Shown: positions 39,170 to 50,570 of the stretch, piece by piece | Numbering within the stretch: the stretch's first letter is position 1 | Layout of the letters: every line of letters begins with the position of its first letter | Source: Malacoraja senta | Taxonomy: Eukaryota | Assembly: GCA_038087875.1 (NCBI GenBank) | Contig: JAXLNO010000384.1 | Coordinates: forward strand, 62,001-126,000 | Length of the DNA: 64,000 nucleotides | Reading direction: 5' to 3' | Made by a program: the position numbers and the translations under genes | Notes under the pieces: generated by a model | The model's database searches: none | Told to the model about the DNA's origin: nothing | Seen by the model: the letters and a program-made list of their open reading frames with translations, nothing else

Positions 39170-39545
39170 TGGGAGCCAGGCCAGCTTGGGGGAGTACGGT
39201 GGATGGGAGGTAGCCAGCTTGGGGGTGTAAGGGGAATGGGAAGTAGCCAGCTTGGGGGAGTAAGGGGAATGGGAGGTAGCCAGCTTGGAGGAGTAAGGTG
39301 GGTAGGAGGTAGCCAGCTTGGGCGGAGGGGGAGGGGAATGGGATGTAGCCAGCTTGGGGGAGTACGGGAAATGGATGGGAGGTAGCCAGCTCGGGGGATT
39401 AAGGGGAATGGGAGGTAGCCAGCTTGGGGGAGTAAGGTGGATGGGTGGTAGCCAGCTTGGGGGGAGTAAGGAGAATGGATGGGAGGTAGCCAGCTTGGGG
39501 TAGTAAGCGGAATGGATGGGAGGTAGCCAGCTTGGGGAGTAAGGG
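39170..39545. repeat. G-rich minisatellite of 33-40 bp
   Basis: About 10 copies of ggtagccagcttggggg.. Confidence 0.93.
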
Positions 39546-39599
39546 ACAGGCGGAAATGATAGCCCCGCAACACCATTGCTGCCACGAGGAGCAAAGAAC

Positions 39600-40160
39600 A
39601 AAATACATTTATTTCTCACGTACACCAATTGGTGTAGTGAAATTTGTCTTGCCATGCAGCACACAGATAAAGATAAGACACAACATTAAACATAAAAAAC
39701 ATCCCCCCCACAATGGTTCCCATTATGAGGGAAGGCACAAAGTCCAGTCCCAATCCCATGTCCATCCGTAGTCGGGCCTATTGAGGCCTCCGCAGTCGCC
39801 GCTACGGGGCCCGATGTTTCAGGTCCTTCTTCGCCGAGTGATGGTGCTCGGGCGTCGGGAGAATCCTCTCAGCGGCTTGGGACACCTGGAACGACCGCTT
39901 CCTTACTGTAGCTTCCGAAGCCGACAGGCCGCGCTGGATGGAGCTCCACTGATGGCGATCTCGGCGAGAGATCCCAGGCTCCCGTTGTTAAAGTTCAGCG
40001 CCGCCGCCTGCAGACCCGCCTGTTTCACCTGCGGGCTTCAGCTCACCGGAGCTCCAGCGCGGGGACCCGGGCAAGGCATCGCCCGATCTGCTCCGCGAGA
40101 GCGCTCCAGCGCTGTGCCCGCCGCCGAAGCCGAGGTTCTGGCCGGCCCCCGACACGATCC
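39600..40160 (-). mobile_element. GC-rich non-autonomous retroelement with 3' hairpin
   Basis: Minus strand ends aaatttcac-TACACC-aatt-GGTGTA-cgtgagaAATAAA. Confidence 0.5.
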
Positions 40161-40614
40161 CCTCTCTCTCTCCCCCCTCTCTGTCCCCCCCTCTCCTCCT
40201 CTCCCCCATCTCCTCTCTCGCCCCTCTCCCTCTCTCCCCCCTCTCCTCTCTGCCCCTCTCTCTCCACCCTCTCTCTCCCCCTCTCCTCTCTCCCCCCTCT
40301 CTCTCTTCCCCTTCTCTCTCCCCCCTCTCCTCTCTCCCCCCCTCCTCCTCCTCTCTCTTCCCCCCTCCTCCTCTCTCTCCCCCTCCTCTCCTCTCTCTGC
40401 CCCCCTCCTCTCTCACCCCCCCTCCTCTCCTCTCTCCCTCCTCCTCTCCTCTCTCCCCCCCTCTCCTCTCTCCCTCCCCTCTCCTCTCTCCCCCCTCTCT
40501 CTCCCCCCTCTCTCTCCCCCTCTCCTCTCTCTCCCCCTCTCCTCTCTCGCCCCCTCTCCTCTCTCCCCCTCTCTGCCCCTCTCTCTCCCCCCCTCTCTCT
40601 CCCCCTCTCCTCTC
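40160..40614. repeat. CT-rich low-complexity tract, continued at 44953-45140
   Basis: Direct inspection. Confidence 0.95.
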
Positions 40615-40899
40615 AGAACTGCTGTAGATTTGGGAGCAACAGCAGCAGGAGATTAGCAAGAGATACGACTGATTGGCTCTAGCCCGAGTGGGAGGAGAGA
40701 AGTGAGTCAGTGCCGGGAAAACAGTTGAAAACTGAGGAATTTTGTTTGTAAAGTGGTAAATCAGGCAATTTAACCAAGACGGCTCTTAGCGAGCGGCAGT
40801 GAGTGAGCGGCCTTGTGAGAAAAGTGTGAGTCTTTGGCTCGAGAGTCTTCGGCGAGGACACCACGCAATACGCTTGAGAGGTAGAGACAAAAGAAGGAG

Positions 40900-41826
40900 A
40901 TGTCAGGCAAGCTGATTCAGTGCGATGCTTGCAGTATGTGGGAGGTCAAGGACACCGCTGGTGCCTCTGGCTGCTACAAATGCGAGAAGTGCATCCAGGT
41001 AGAGCTCCTGAAGGGCCGTGTTGGTGAACTGGAGAAGCAAGTGGATGACCTCCGGTTCGTCCGAGAAACGGAGTCGTTCCTCGACAAGTCCTACAGTACG
41101 ATTGTTACACCTAAGGTACTGGAAGAGAGAAGGTGGGAGACGGTGAGAAAGGGAGGGAAGCATGGAATGCCAACGTCCCCGGGTGTTGTACCTCTTGTGA
41201 ACAGGTTCACCCACTTAGAAGCTGTTGGGACAGAAGACGTGTTTACACTGAGCGGCGGACTGGCTTGCGATGCGAATAGGGCTGTTGCGCCAAAACCAAA
41301 AAGGCCTAAGGCAGGCAACGCCATTGTAGTGGGAGACTCCATTGTGAGAGGTACGGACAGGGGTTTCTGTGGCAACAGACGGGATGCGAGGATGGTGTGC
41401 TGCCTTCCTGGTGCCAGGATCCAGGATGTCACGGACAGAGTGCAGAAAATCCTCAAGGGCGAAGGTGAACATCCGGAAGTGCTAGTGCATGTCGGCACAA
41501 ACGATGTCGGAAAGAAGGGGATGAATATTCTGCAGCGTGACTTTAGAGAGCTCGGAAAAATGCTGAAAAACAGGACCTCCAGGGTTGTTATCTCCGGTTT
41601 GCTTCCAGTTCCTCGTGCTGGCGAGAGCAGGAACAGGGAGATACGGGACCTGAACGTGTGGCTCAGGAACTGGTGCACGGGGCAGGGATTTAGATTCTTA
41701 GATCACTGGGATCTGTTTTGGGGTAAGGGGGAACTGTACAAAAGGGACGGATTGCATCTTAACAGGTGTGGGACCAGCATTCTGGCAGGCAGGTTTGCCA
41801 CTGCTACACGGGTGGTTTTAAACTGA
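40900..41826 (+). CDS. CR1 ORF1p: CxxC..CxxC zinc motif, coiled coil, SGNH/GDSL esterase
   Basis: CDAC/CEKC, VVGDSIVRG, HVGTND, DGLHL; intact 308 aa. Confidence 0.92.
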   Translation: MSGKLIQCDACSMWEVKDTAGASGCYKCEKCIQVELLKGRVGELEKQVDDLRFVRETESFLDKSYSTIVTPKVLEERRWETVRKGGKHGMPTSPGVVPLVNRFTHLEAVGTEDVFTLSGGLACDANRAVAPKPKRPKAGNAIVVGDSIVRGTDRGFCGNRRDARMVCCLPGARIQDVTDRVQKILKGEGEHPEVLVHVGTNDVGKKGMNILQRDFRELGKMLKNRTSRVVISGLLPVPRAGESRNREIRDLNVWLRNWCTGQGFRFLDHWDLFWGKGELYKRDGLHLNRCGTSILAGRFATATRVVLN

Positions 41827-44800
41827 ATAAGGGGGGTGGGGTGTCGAATGGGATAGTGGAGGATGGAGTTAAAGGGAAAGGGTTTCTTAAATGTGTGAGC
41901 GTAGAGACAGAGGAGTGTAAAATGAGGGTAGAAGCAATAGGTAGCAAGGTGAAAAGTAAAAGTGGAAGACAGACAAAACCAGGGCAAAAATCAAAAAGGG
42001 CACTTTTCAACATAATTGTATAAGGGGTAAGAGTGTTGTAAAAACAAGCCTGAAGGCTTTGTGTCTCAATGCAAGGAGCATTCGTAATAAGATGGATGAG
42101 TTGAATGTGCAGATAGCTATTAATGACTATGATATTGTTGGGATCACGGAGACATGGCTCCAGGGTGACCAAGGCTGGGAGCTGAACATCCAGGGATATT
42201 CAATATTCAGGAGGGATAGAGAGAAAGGAAAAGGAGGTGGGGTAGCGTTGCTGGTTAGAGAGGAGATTAACGCAGTGGAAAGGAAGGACATTAGCTTGGA
42301 GGATGTGGAATCGGTATGGGTAGAGCTGCGAAACACTAAGGGGCAGAAAACGCTGGTGGGTGTTGTGTACAGGCCACCTAGCAGTAGTAGTGAAGTTGGG
42401 GATGGCATCAAACAGGAAATTAGAAATGCGTGCGACAATGGCAAAACAGTTATAATGGGTGACTTCAATCTACATATAGATTGGGTGAATCAAATTGGCA
42501 GGGGTGCTGAGGAAGAGGATTTCTTGGAATGTATGCGGGATAGTAATCTAAATCAACATGTAGAGGAACCAACGAGAGAGCAGGCTATTTTAGACTGGGT
42601 ATTGAGTAATGAGGAAGGGTTAGTTAGCAGTCTTGTTGTACGTGCCCCCTTGGGCAAGAGTGACCATAATATGGTTGAGTTCTTCATTAGGATGGAGAGT
42701 GACATTGTTAATTCAGAAACAATGGTTCTGAACTTAAAGAAAGGTAACTTTGAGGGTATGAGACATGAATTGGCCATGATTGATTGGCAATTAATTCTAA
42801 AAGGGTTGACGGTGGACATGCAATGGAAGACATTTAAAGACTGCATGGATGAACTACAAAAATTGTTCATCCCAGTTTGGCAAAAGAATAAATCAGGGAA
42901 GGTAGTGCATCCGTGGATAAGAAGGGAAATCAGGGATGGTATCAAAGCGAAAGATGATGCGTACAAATTAGCCAGAAAAAGCAGCATACCAGAGGACTGG
43001 GAGAAATTCAGAGACCAGCAGAGGAGGACAAAGGGCTTAATTAGGAAAGGAAAAATAGATTATGAAAGAAAACTGGCAGGGAACATAAAAACTGACTGCA
43101 AAAGTTTTTATAAATATGTAAAAAGAAAGAGATTAGTTAAAACAAATGTAGGTCCCTTGCAGTCAGAAACAGGTGAGTTGATCATGGAGAACAAGGATAT
43201 GGCGGACCAATTGAATAACTACTTTGGTTCCGTCTTCACTAAGGAAGACATAAATAATCTGCCGGAAATAGCAGGGGACCGCGGGTCAAAGGAGTTGGAG
43301 GAATTGAGTGAAATCCAGGTTAGTCGGGAAGTGGTTTTGGGTAAATTGAATGGATTAAAGGCCGATAAATCCCCTGGGCCAGATAGGCTGCATCCCTTAA
43401 TGTACTTAAGGAAGTAGCTCCAGAAATAGTGGATGCATTAGTAATAATCTTTCAAAATTCTTTAGATTCTGGAGTAGTTCCTGAGGATTGGCGGGTAGCA
43501 AACGTAACCCCACTTTTTAAGAAGGGAGGGAGAGAGAAAACGGGGAATTACAGACCAGTTAGTCTAACATCGGTAGTGGGGAAACTCCTAGAGTCAGTTA
43601 TTAAAGATGGGATAACAGCACATTTGGGAAGTGGTGAAATCATTGGACAAAGTCAGCATGGATTTACGAAAGGTAAATCATGTCTGACGAATCTTATAGA
43701 ATTTTTCGAGGATGTAACTAGTAGCGTGGATAGGGGAGAACCAGTGGATGTGGTGTATCTGGACTTCCAGAAGGCTTTCGACAAGGTCCCACATAAGAGA
43801 TTAGTATACAAACTTAAAGCACATGGCATTGGGGGTTCAGTATTGATGTGGATAGAGAACTGGCTGGCAAACAGGAAGCAAAGAGTAGGAGTAAACGGGT
43901 CCTTTTCACAATGGCAGGCAGTGACTAGTGGGGTACCGCAAGGCTCAGTGCTGGGACCCCAGCTATTTACAATATATATTAATGACCTGGATGAGGGAAT
44001 TGAAGGCAATATCTCCAAGTTTGCGGATGACACTAAGCTGGGGGGCAGTGTTAGCTGCGAGGAGGATGCTAGGAGACTGCAAGGTGACTTGGATAGGCTG
44101 GGTGAGTGGGCAAATGTTTGGCAGATGCAGTATAATGTGGATAAATGTGAGGTTATCCATTTTGGTGGCAAAAACAGGAAAGCAGACTATTTTCTAAATG
44201 GTGGCCGACTAGGAAAAGGGGAGATGCAGCGAGACCTGGGTGTCATGGTACACCAGTCATTGAAAGTAGGCATGCAGGTGCAGCAGGCAGTGAAGAAAGC
44301 GAATGGTATGTTAGCTTTCATAGCAAAAGGATTTGAGTATAGGAGCAGGGAGGTTCTACTGCAGTTGTACAGGGTCTTGGTGAGACCACACCTGGAGTAT
44401 TGCGTACAGTTTTGTTCTCCAAATCTGAGGAAGGACATTATTGCCATAGAGGGAGTGCAGAGAAGGTTCACCAGAATGATTCCTGGGATGTCAGGACTGT
44501 CTTATGAAGAAAGACTGGATAGACTTGGTTTATACTCTCTAGAATTTAGGAGATTGAGAGGGGATCTTATAGAAACTTACAAAATTCTTAAGGGGTTGGA
44601 CAGGCTAGATGCAGGAAGATTGCTCCCGATGTTGGGGAAGTCCAGGACAAGGGGTCACAGCTTAAGGATAAGGGGGAAATCCTTTAAAACCGAGATGAGA
44701 AGAACTTTTTTCACACAGAGAGTGGTGAATCTCTGGAACTCTCTGCCACAGAGGGTAGTCGAGGCCAGTTCATTGGCTATATTTAAGAGGGAGCTAGATG

Positions 44801-44859
44801 TGGCCCTTGTGGCTAAAGGGATCAGAGGGTATGGAGAGAAGGCAGGTACGGGATACTGA
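41817..44859 (+). pseudogene. CR1 ORF2 (EN and RT) with frameshifts near 42000 and 43398
   Basis: ORFs 41766..42023, 42059..43417, 43429..44859; catccc-ttaatg-tactt versus catccc-agag-tactt in sister copies. Confidence 0.9.
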
Positions 44860-45024
44860 GTTGGATGATCAGCCATGATCATATTGAATGGCGGTGCAGG
44901 CTCGAAGGGCCGAATGGCCTACTCCTGCACCTAATTTCTATGTTTCTATGTTTCTCTCCCCCTTCTCCTCTCCCCCTTCTCCTCTCTCTCTCCTCTCTCT
45001 CTCTCCCCCTCTCTTTCTCTCTCT

Positions 45025-45137
<113 letters not shown>

Positions 45138-45537
45138 TCCTTTTAATAAATTATTAGATTTATGTTGATGTTCTGTGTTGTGTGCGGTCCCCACCACAGG
45201 TCTGTGGGGTCTAGAGGGGGGAGAGGGGTGGGAAACTGCAGGTACCTGACAACACCACACCCGTGTGACCAGGTGCAGCTCCTTAAAGCCCACGTTCGGG
45301 AACGAGGAGCAGCTGGTTGACCTCAGACCATCCTGGAGACAGAGCATCTTCGACAGGACGTGGAGAGGGGTCGTCGCGTGGATGCCCAGCACGAGAGAAG
45401 GTGGTTCCCCCAGGTAAGGAATGAGACGGTGCTGTGAGTCTCAAGAATGGAGGGTGATGAGGGGAAGTATAGGGGACAGAATAGGCAGCGAGGAAGGCAG
45501 AACTGCAGGTGCTGCTTAAACCGGAGACACACACAAA

Positions 45538-45745
45538 AAGCTGGAGTAACTCAGTGGGTCAGGCAGCATTTCTGGAGTAAAAGCTGGAGTAACTCAGTGG
45601 GTCAGGCAGCATTTGTGGAGTAAAGCTGGAGTAACTCAGTGGGTCAGGCAGCATTTCTGGAGTAAAAGCTGGAGTAACTCAGTGGGTCAGGCAGCATTTG
45701 TGGAGTAAAGCTGGAGTAACTCAGTGGGTCAGGCAGCATTTTTGG
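45538..45745. repeat. About 43-bp tandem repeat of a Penelope terminal motif, 5 copies
   Basis: aaagctggagtaactcagtgggtcaggcagcattt repeated. Confidence 0.9.
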
Positions 45746-45993
45746 TGTAAACGACCAGGTGATATTTTGGGCAGAGACCCTTCTGAGGAAGGAACATTGT
45801 TTAAACTTGGACGTACTTTAATGACGGCTAAAGCTTGGAGCATGCATAGGTACATTGTACCTGGTTCAGGGAGGGGCAGGTCTGGCAGCTCAATGTTCCG
45901 GGGTACAGGAGCTTCAGGAGAGACAGTGGTGAGGGTAAAGTGGTGGGGGGGTTGCATTGTTGGTTAAGGAGGATGTCACGGCTGTGTTCAGAG

Positions 45994-47517
45994 TAGCAAT
46001 GTTACAACATTTTGAGATTTAAAAAATCAAGTCTGCAATTTATCCCATCAGACAAAGCATAAAAAGAAGTTTAATTTGACACCTAATTCACTTTCATATC
46101 TTCAGTATTAATAAAGTTATGGCCATTTTCATACTCGGAAATTAGCATCTTGTTCCCTATTGCTTTTCCATTCACTTAACACAAAAGCTGTGATCGAGGA
46201 CAGTCAAAAGCCCATAACTTTCTTAAAAATCAAGAGAACTGAATGAAATTTTCAGTTATTATAGATTGAAGCATTCTGCAACAAATCTAAAACATCTTAC
46301 TTGGATGACCTGAAATTAAAGCATATAATTAGTTAATTACCTAATTGTAGTTAATTACAAAATTGACCGTTGTGACGGAAATAGTAATAAACACCCAGAC
46401 TGCCTTGAAAATTCAAAAATGTGATATTCTCCAGATCAGAACTATAATATTGTTGTATTATGTGCTGTAAATCCGTAACAGATAGGTAAATAAATTACAA
46501 TATCTAGCAATAGACCAGGTCTTTATGGAGAAGATCAGTTGCTAGCTGGAACATTGGCATATCATAATCAGTAGCATCATCATACTCCTCAGATTGTAAC
46601 CAATAAGCAACTCTGTACACCTTGTTTTTCCTCAACGTTTCCATTTTGGCATTGTAAACTACAAGTTTTTGCTCTTTAAACCACACATGACATGCCTTTC
46701 TGCCCACTACTTTCCCATTAACAATGTCCTGTAGATTCCATTTCTTAAGAAAAGGATTTTTTTTTTAAATAGCCTAAGTATCCAAATAACAAACTAATCC
46801 CATTCACACAAGAATTCACAATATAACATGATTTTTAAATCTCACTGTCATGAATTTATATCCCAGATGGAAGGAATTTAATGTTTAATTCCCATAGAAA
46901 CATCCACCCAAAATATAATCAGATTATGGTTTATTGCACAATACATGTGACTCAAACTGTTGTGAATATTTAGTTTAAAAATAATGATCATGGAGAGAGA
47001 GAATAACACAAAATATAGACAATTTAGATGGCTTATCTCCAAAAAAAATGGGCATTTTAATCATCTTGCTTCTGGAACGCGATCGATTGGAACGTTGCAT
47101 TTGCGGTGAATTTGAACCCCATATCGGCAGGAAAAACACTGCCGGTTCGTATGGGGCCCAAATCACATTTTCGCCTGTAGAGGATTGATTAAAGTCATCC
47201 GAAGAAGCAAGTTTATATGTAAAATAGACGACTTACATTTTGTTTTGTCCCGTACGTGAGATCCATCACGTTGTAGGCATTGACGGCGTTAGAAGTCGCT
47301 TTTTATTTTAATATAATCATTGAATTGTCTCGCGATTAAATCGGGAATGGAAGTCGGAACGATTTTTCTGCAGCAGCTTAGCAGCCCGAGGAAATCGGCC
47401 TCGGACAGGCGGTAGAAAACTGGATTTTAATCCCCCCCCCTCAAAGGTGCCAAAGTTGCGCACACGGCCAGTGGCAGAACTGTAGCGCCGCTGAAGGTAA
47501 TTTTTGTAACATCGCTA
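45994..47517. mobile_element. Non-autonomous TIR DNA transposon with 7-bp TSD, inside an old CR1
   Basis: TIRs TAGCAATGTTACAA / TTGTAACATCGCTA; TSD TTCAGAG at 45987-45993 and 47518-47524. Confidence 0.9.
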
Positions 47518-47913
47518 TTCAGAGGTAACATTACAGGGTTTGTCTAGAGAGGCTATATGGGTGGAGCTGAGGAACATGAAAGGGATGATCAACTTGTTAG
47601 GGGGTGGACCACAGATCTCCAAATTGTCAACAGGAATTAGAGCAGATATGCCGGGAGATTGCAGGTGAAATGTTGGTGTAGATGGGGTTGTCGACGTTCC
47701 CAATATTGACTGGGAATGTCATAGTGTGAATGGTTGTTGTAGATGGGGATCATAATATTGACTGGGATAGTCATAGTGTGAATGTTTTAGACGGGGTGAA
47801 AATTGTCGAATGTGTTCAGGAGAGTTTTCTCCAGCAGTCAGAGCCTCACATGTGAGAGGCTGGTCACGGTGGCACAGTGGTAGAGTTGCTGCCACGATCC
47901 TGACTACGGGTGC

Positions 47914-49262
47914 CATGGCCGTCCGAAGGGGGGGGGTGTGCATTGGGTGCGACCGCACCCCCCTTTCCCCCCCCAGAGTAAGAACAAATCCCGAGATTTT
48001 TTTTTTTAATCGGAGCTCAATCAGCGTTTCCACTTTGTCGGAAATCGCCACCGTTGAATGATTTCCACAGTTCACCACCCTCTGACTTAAGAAATTCCTG
48101 ATCATCTTCCTAAAGGCATGGCTTTTAATTCTGAGGCCACATCCACTCCATCCAGGTTTTTACCAGGCTGGGACAGATGTCAACAGCTTCACACCGTGTC
48201 CCAAAGCTTGTGTCCTGTCCTGCATCACCCAAGGCAGCAGAGACGTTATAGAAGAGGACAAGCACTGTCACAAATCAGCTCACGATGGTTTGGGTAACAT
48301 TCGGGAATGTCTATGCATGTCACATCGTGAATATTACTGAAGAAGGGTCTTGACCCAAAATATAATCTATACCTTTTCCCCAGAGATGCTGCCTGACCCG
48401 CTGAGTTACTCCAGCACTCTGTGAAACATCACCTATCCATATTCTCCGCAGATGCTGCCTGACCCAGTGAGTGACTCCAGCACTCTGTGAAATGTCACCT
48501 ATTCATATTCTCCGCAGATGCTGCCTGACCCGCTGAGTTACTCCAGCACTCTGTGAAACGTCACCTATCCATGTTCTCCACAGATGCTACCTGACCCGCT
48601 GAGTTACTCCAGCACTTTGTGTCTATTTTCCCTTCACCCATCTGCCCAAGCCCACTCTCCCCCCTCCTTTCCTATGTTCCTTTCCACCCATAAACCTTTC
48701 TCTGCCTTTACAATTCACTCCTCTTTCAAATCTGCTCTACTTATCTACATGCATTTTTCTTCTTAACGTTTTAGTCATAGAATGATGCAGTGTGGAAACA
48801 GGCCCTTCAGCCCAACTTGCCCACACCGACCAACATGTCCCATGTAAACTAGTCCCACTCACACGCATTTGGCCCATATCCATCTAAATCTGTCCTATCC
48901 ATGTATGTGTCCAAATGTCTCTTAAACATTAGGATAGTCCCAGCCTTAACTACCTCCTCTGGCAGCTCGTTCCATACACCCACCACCCTTTGTGTGAAAA
49001 AGCTACCTCTCAGATTCCTGTTAATTTCTGAAATATTGGTCATAAATTTGGTGCAGAAATGCTCCAAAATAAGGCTCAAATGCATCAGAGAGCATCTAAA
49101 ACCCCTGAGCATCCAGTGCCCTTAAGTGGGCCCTGGACCCCGGCATCGAGGGACTTCACACTTCGCGCTCATGATGGGAGCAGCGTCCACATTATTTCAC
49201 ATTAAATTTTTTGTAATCCTGTCGTGTCATCCCCCCTTTTTGAAAAGCTTTGTACGGGCCTG
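47914..49262. mobile_element. Non-autonomous DNA transposon with 5-bp TSD and nested inserts
   Basis: Imperfect TIRs CATGGCCGTCC / GTACGGGCCTG; TSD GGTGC at 47909-47913 and 49263-49267. Confidence 0.6.
48380..48620. repeat. 66-bp tandem repeat, Penelope terminal-derived, about 4 copies
   Basis: Same unit as 62805-63325 in the opposite orientation. Confidence 0.9.
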
Positions 49263-49588
49263 GGTGCTGTCTGTACGGTGGAGTTTGTACGTTCTCCCCG
49301 TGACCTGCGTGGGATTTCTCCGAGATCTTCAGTTTCCTCCCACACTCCAAAGACGTACAGGTTTGCAGGTTAATTGGCTTGGTGTCCCTAGTGGGTGTAG
49401 GATAGTGTTAATGTGCGGGGATCGCTGGTCGGAGATCGCTGCATATTTTAGACTACATCTAAAACTAAAACTTGATGTAGTCTAGGGACATTGGGAAGGG
49501 CAAGTGGATGAAGTGTTCATGGAGCAATAACCACTGTTTGTTTAGGTTTAAGATAGTTCTGGACAGGGCCCATGTGTTCAAATTCTAA

Positions 49589-49682
49589 GGTAGACAAAAT
49601 GCTGGAGAAACTCAGCGGGTGAGGCAGCATCTATTGAGCGAAGGAAATTGGCAATGTTTCGGGTCGAGACCCTTCTTCAGAC
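49589..49682 (-). ncRNA. 94-bp Penelope-derived insert with minimal hammerhead ribozyme core
   Basis: CTGAAGA-A-GGGTCTCGACCC-GAAAC at 49680-49656; 14-bp TSD TGTTCAAATTCTAA. Confidence 0.7.
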
Positions 49683-49716
49683 TGTTCAAATTCTAAATTG
49701 GGGCAAGGCCAACTTT

Positions 49717-49841
49717 CTTCTTGTGTATGGCGTGCACAGCCTAAATTTGTAGGACAACTTGTTCTATTCGATTGTGCACGCCAGGTTGATTGCATTCATT
49801 GAAACAGGGCAGACCACGTGAAGGTTGCAATCTCCCATCCC
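49717..49841 (-). ncRNA. 125-bp SINE-like element with 5' HDV-like ribozyme fold
   Basis: P1, P2, P3, L3 and J4/2 all assignable; 11-bp 3' hairpin; AAGAAG tail; 13-bp TSD with one mismatch. Confidence 0.75.
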
Positions 49842-50194
49842 CAAGGACAACTTTGAGGGGATGAGACAGGAACTCACTCAAGTTGACCGGAGCAGGTTGT
49901 TGGAAGGAAAAGGAACGTCAGGGAAGTGGGATATTTTTAAAAGTGCTGCCAAGAGTTTAGGACATACATGTCCTTGTTAGAGTGATGGGTGAAGCAAGCT
50001 TGGCTGACGAGGGAAATTGAGGCTTTGGCCAAGAGTAAGAGTTGGGACAGCTGCGACTAGGTGCATCCCTGGAGGAGTTTTGGGAACTAAGGCGCGAGCT
50101 AAAAAAGGAAATAAGGAGATCACATATAGCTCTATGGCTTTGGCAGATGTACAAAGGACAATCTCAAGAGATTGTATAAAGGGTAGCCAGAGAG

Positions 50195-50570
50195 AGTCAA
50201 GTCAAGTCAAGAGAGTTTATTGTCATGTGTCCCAGATAGGACAATGAAATTCTTGCTTGCTGCAGCACAACAGAGTATTTTAGGCATAAATACAGATCAG
50301 ATCAGTGTGACCATATAACCATACAATATATATACACATATAACTACACAGATAAAGTGCAATAGGCTGTTATAGTTCACAGTTTGTTTGAGGTTGTGTA
50401 TAATAGCCTGATGGCTGTGGGGAAGTAGCTGTTCCTGAACCTGGATGTTGCAGATTTCAGGCTCCTGTACCTTCTACCTGAAGGCAGCGGATGGATGAGT
50501 GTGTGGCCAGGATGGTGTGGGTACCTTGATGATGCTGGCAACCTTTTTGAGGCAGCGACTGCGATAGATA
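50195..50570 (-). mobile_element. Rex1/Babar 3' end
   Basis: PHHPGHTLIHPLPSGRRYRSLKSATSRFRNSYFPTAIRLL; (CTTGA)n tail. Confidence 0.88.

Larger units (their letters stand above)
40615..44953 (+). mobile_element. Full-length CR1 LINE (5'UTR, ORF1, ORF2, 3'UTR, TTTCTATG tail)
   Basis: All parts present in order, embedded in a CT tract. Confidence 0.96.
47860..49475 (+). mobile_element. HE1-type SINE split by a DNA transposon
   Basis: Head at 47860-47913; body resumes at 49263 with V-domain and tail. Confidence 0.75.

Noticed and set aside
38900..39664. Pro-rich repetitive ORFs
   Set aside because: Minisatellite open in several frames, with no gene structure
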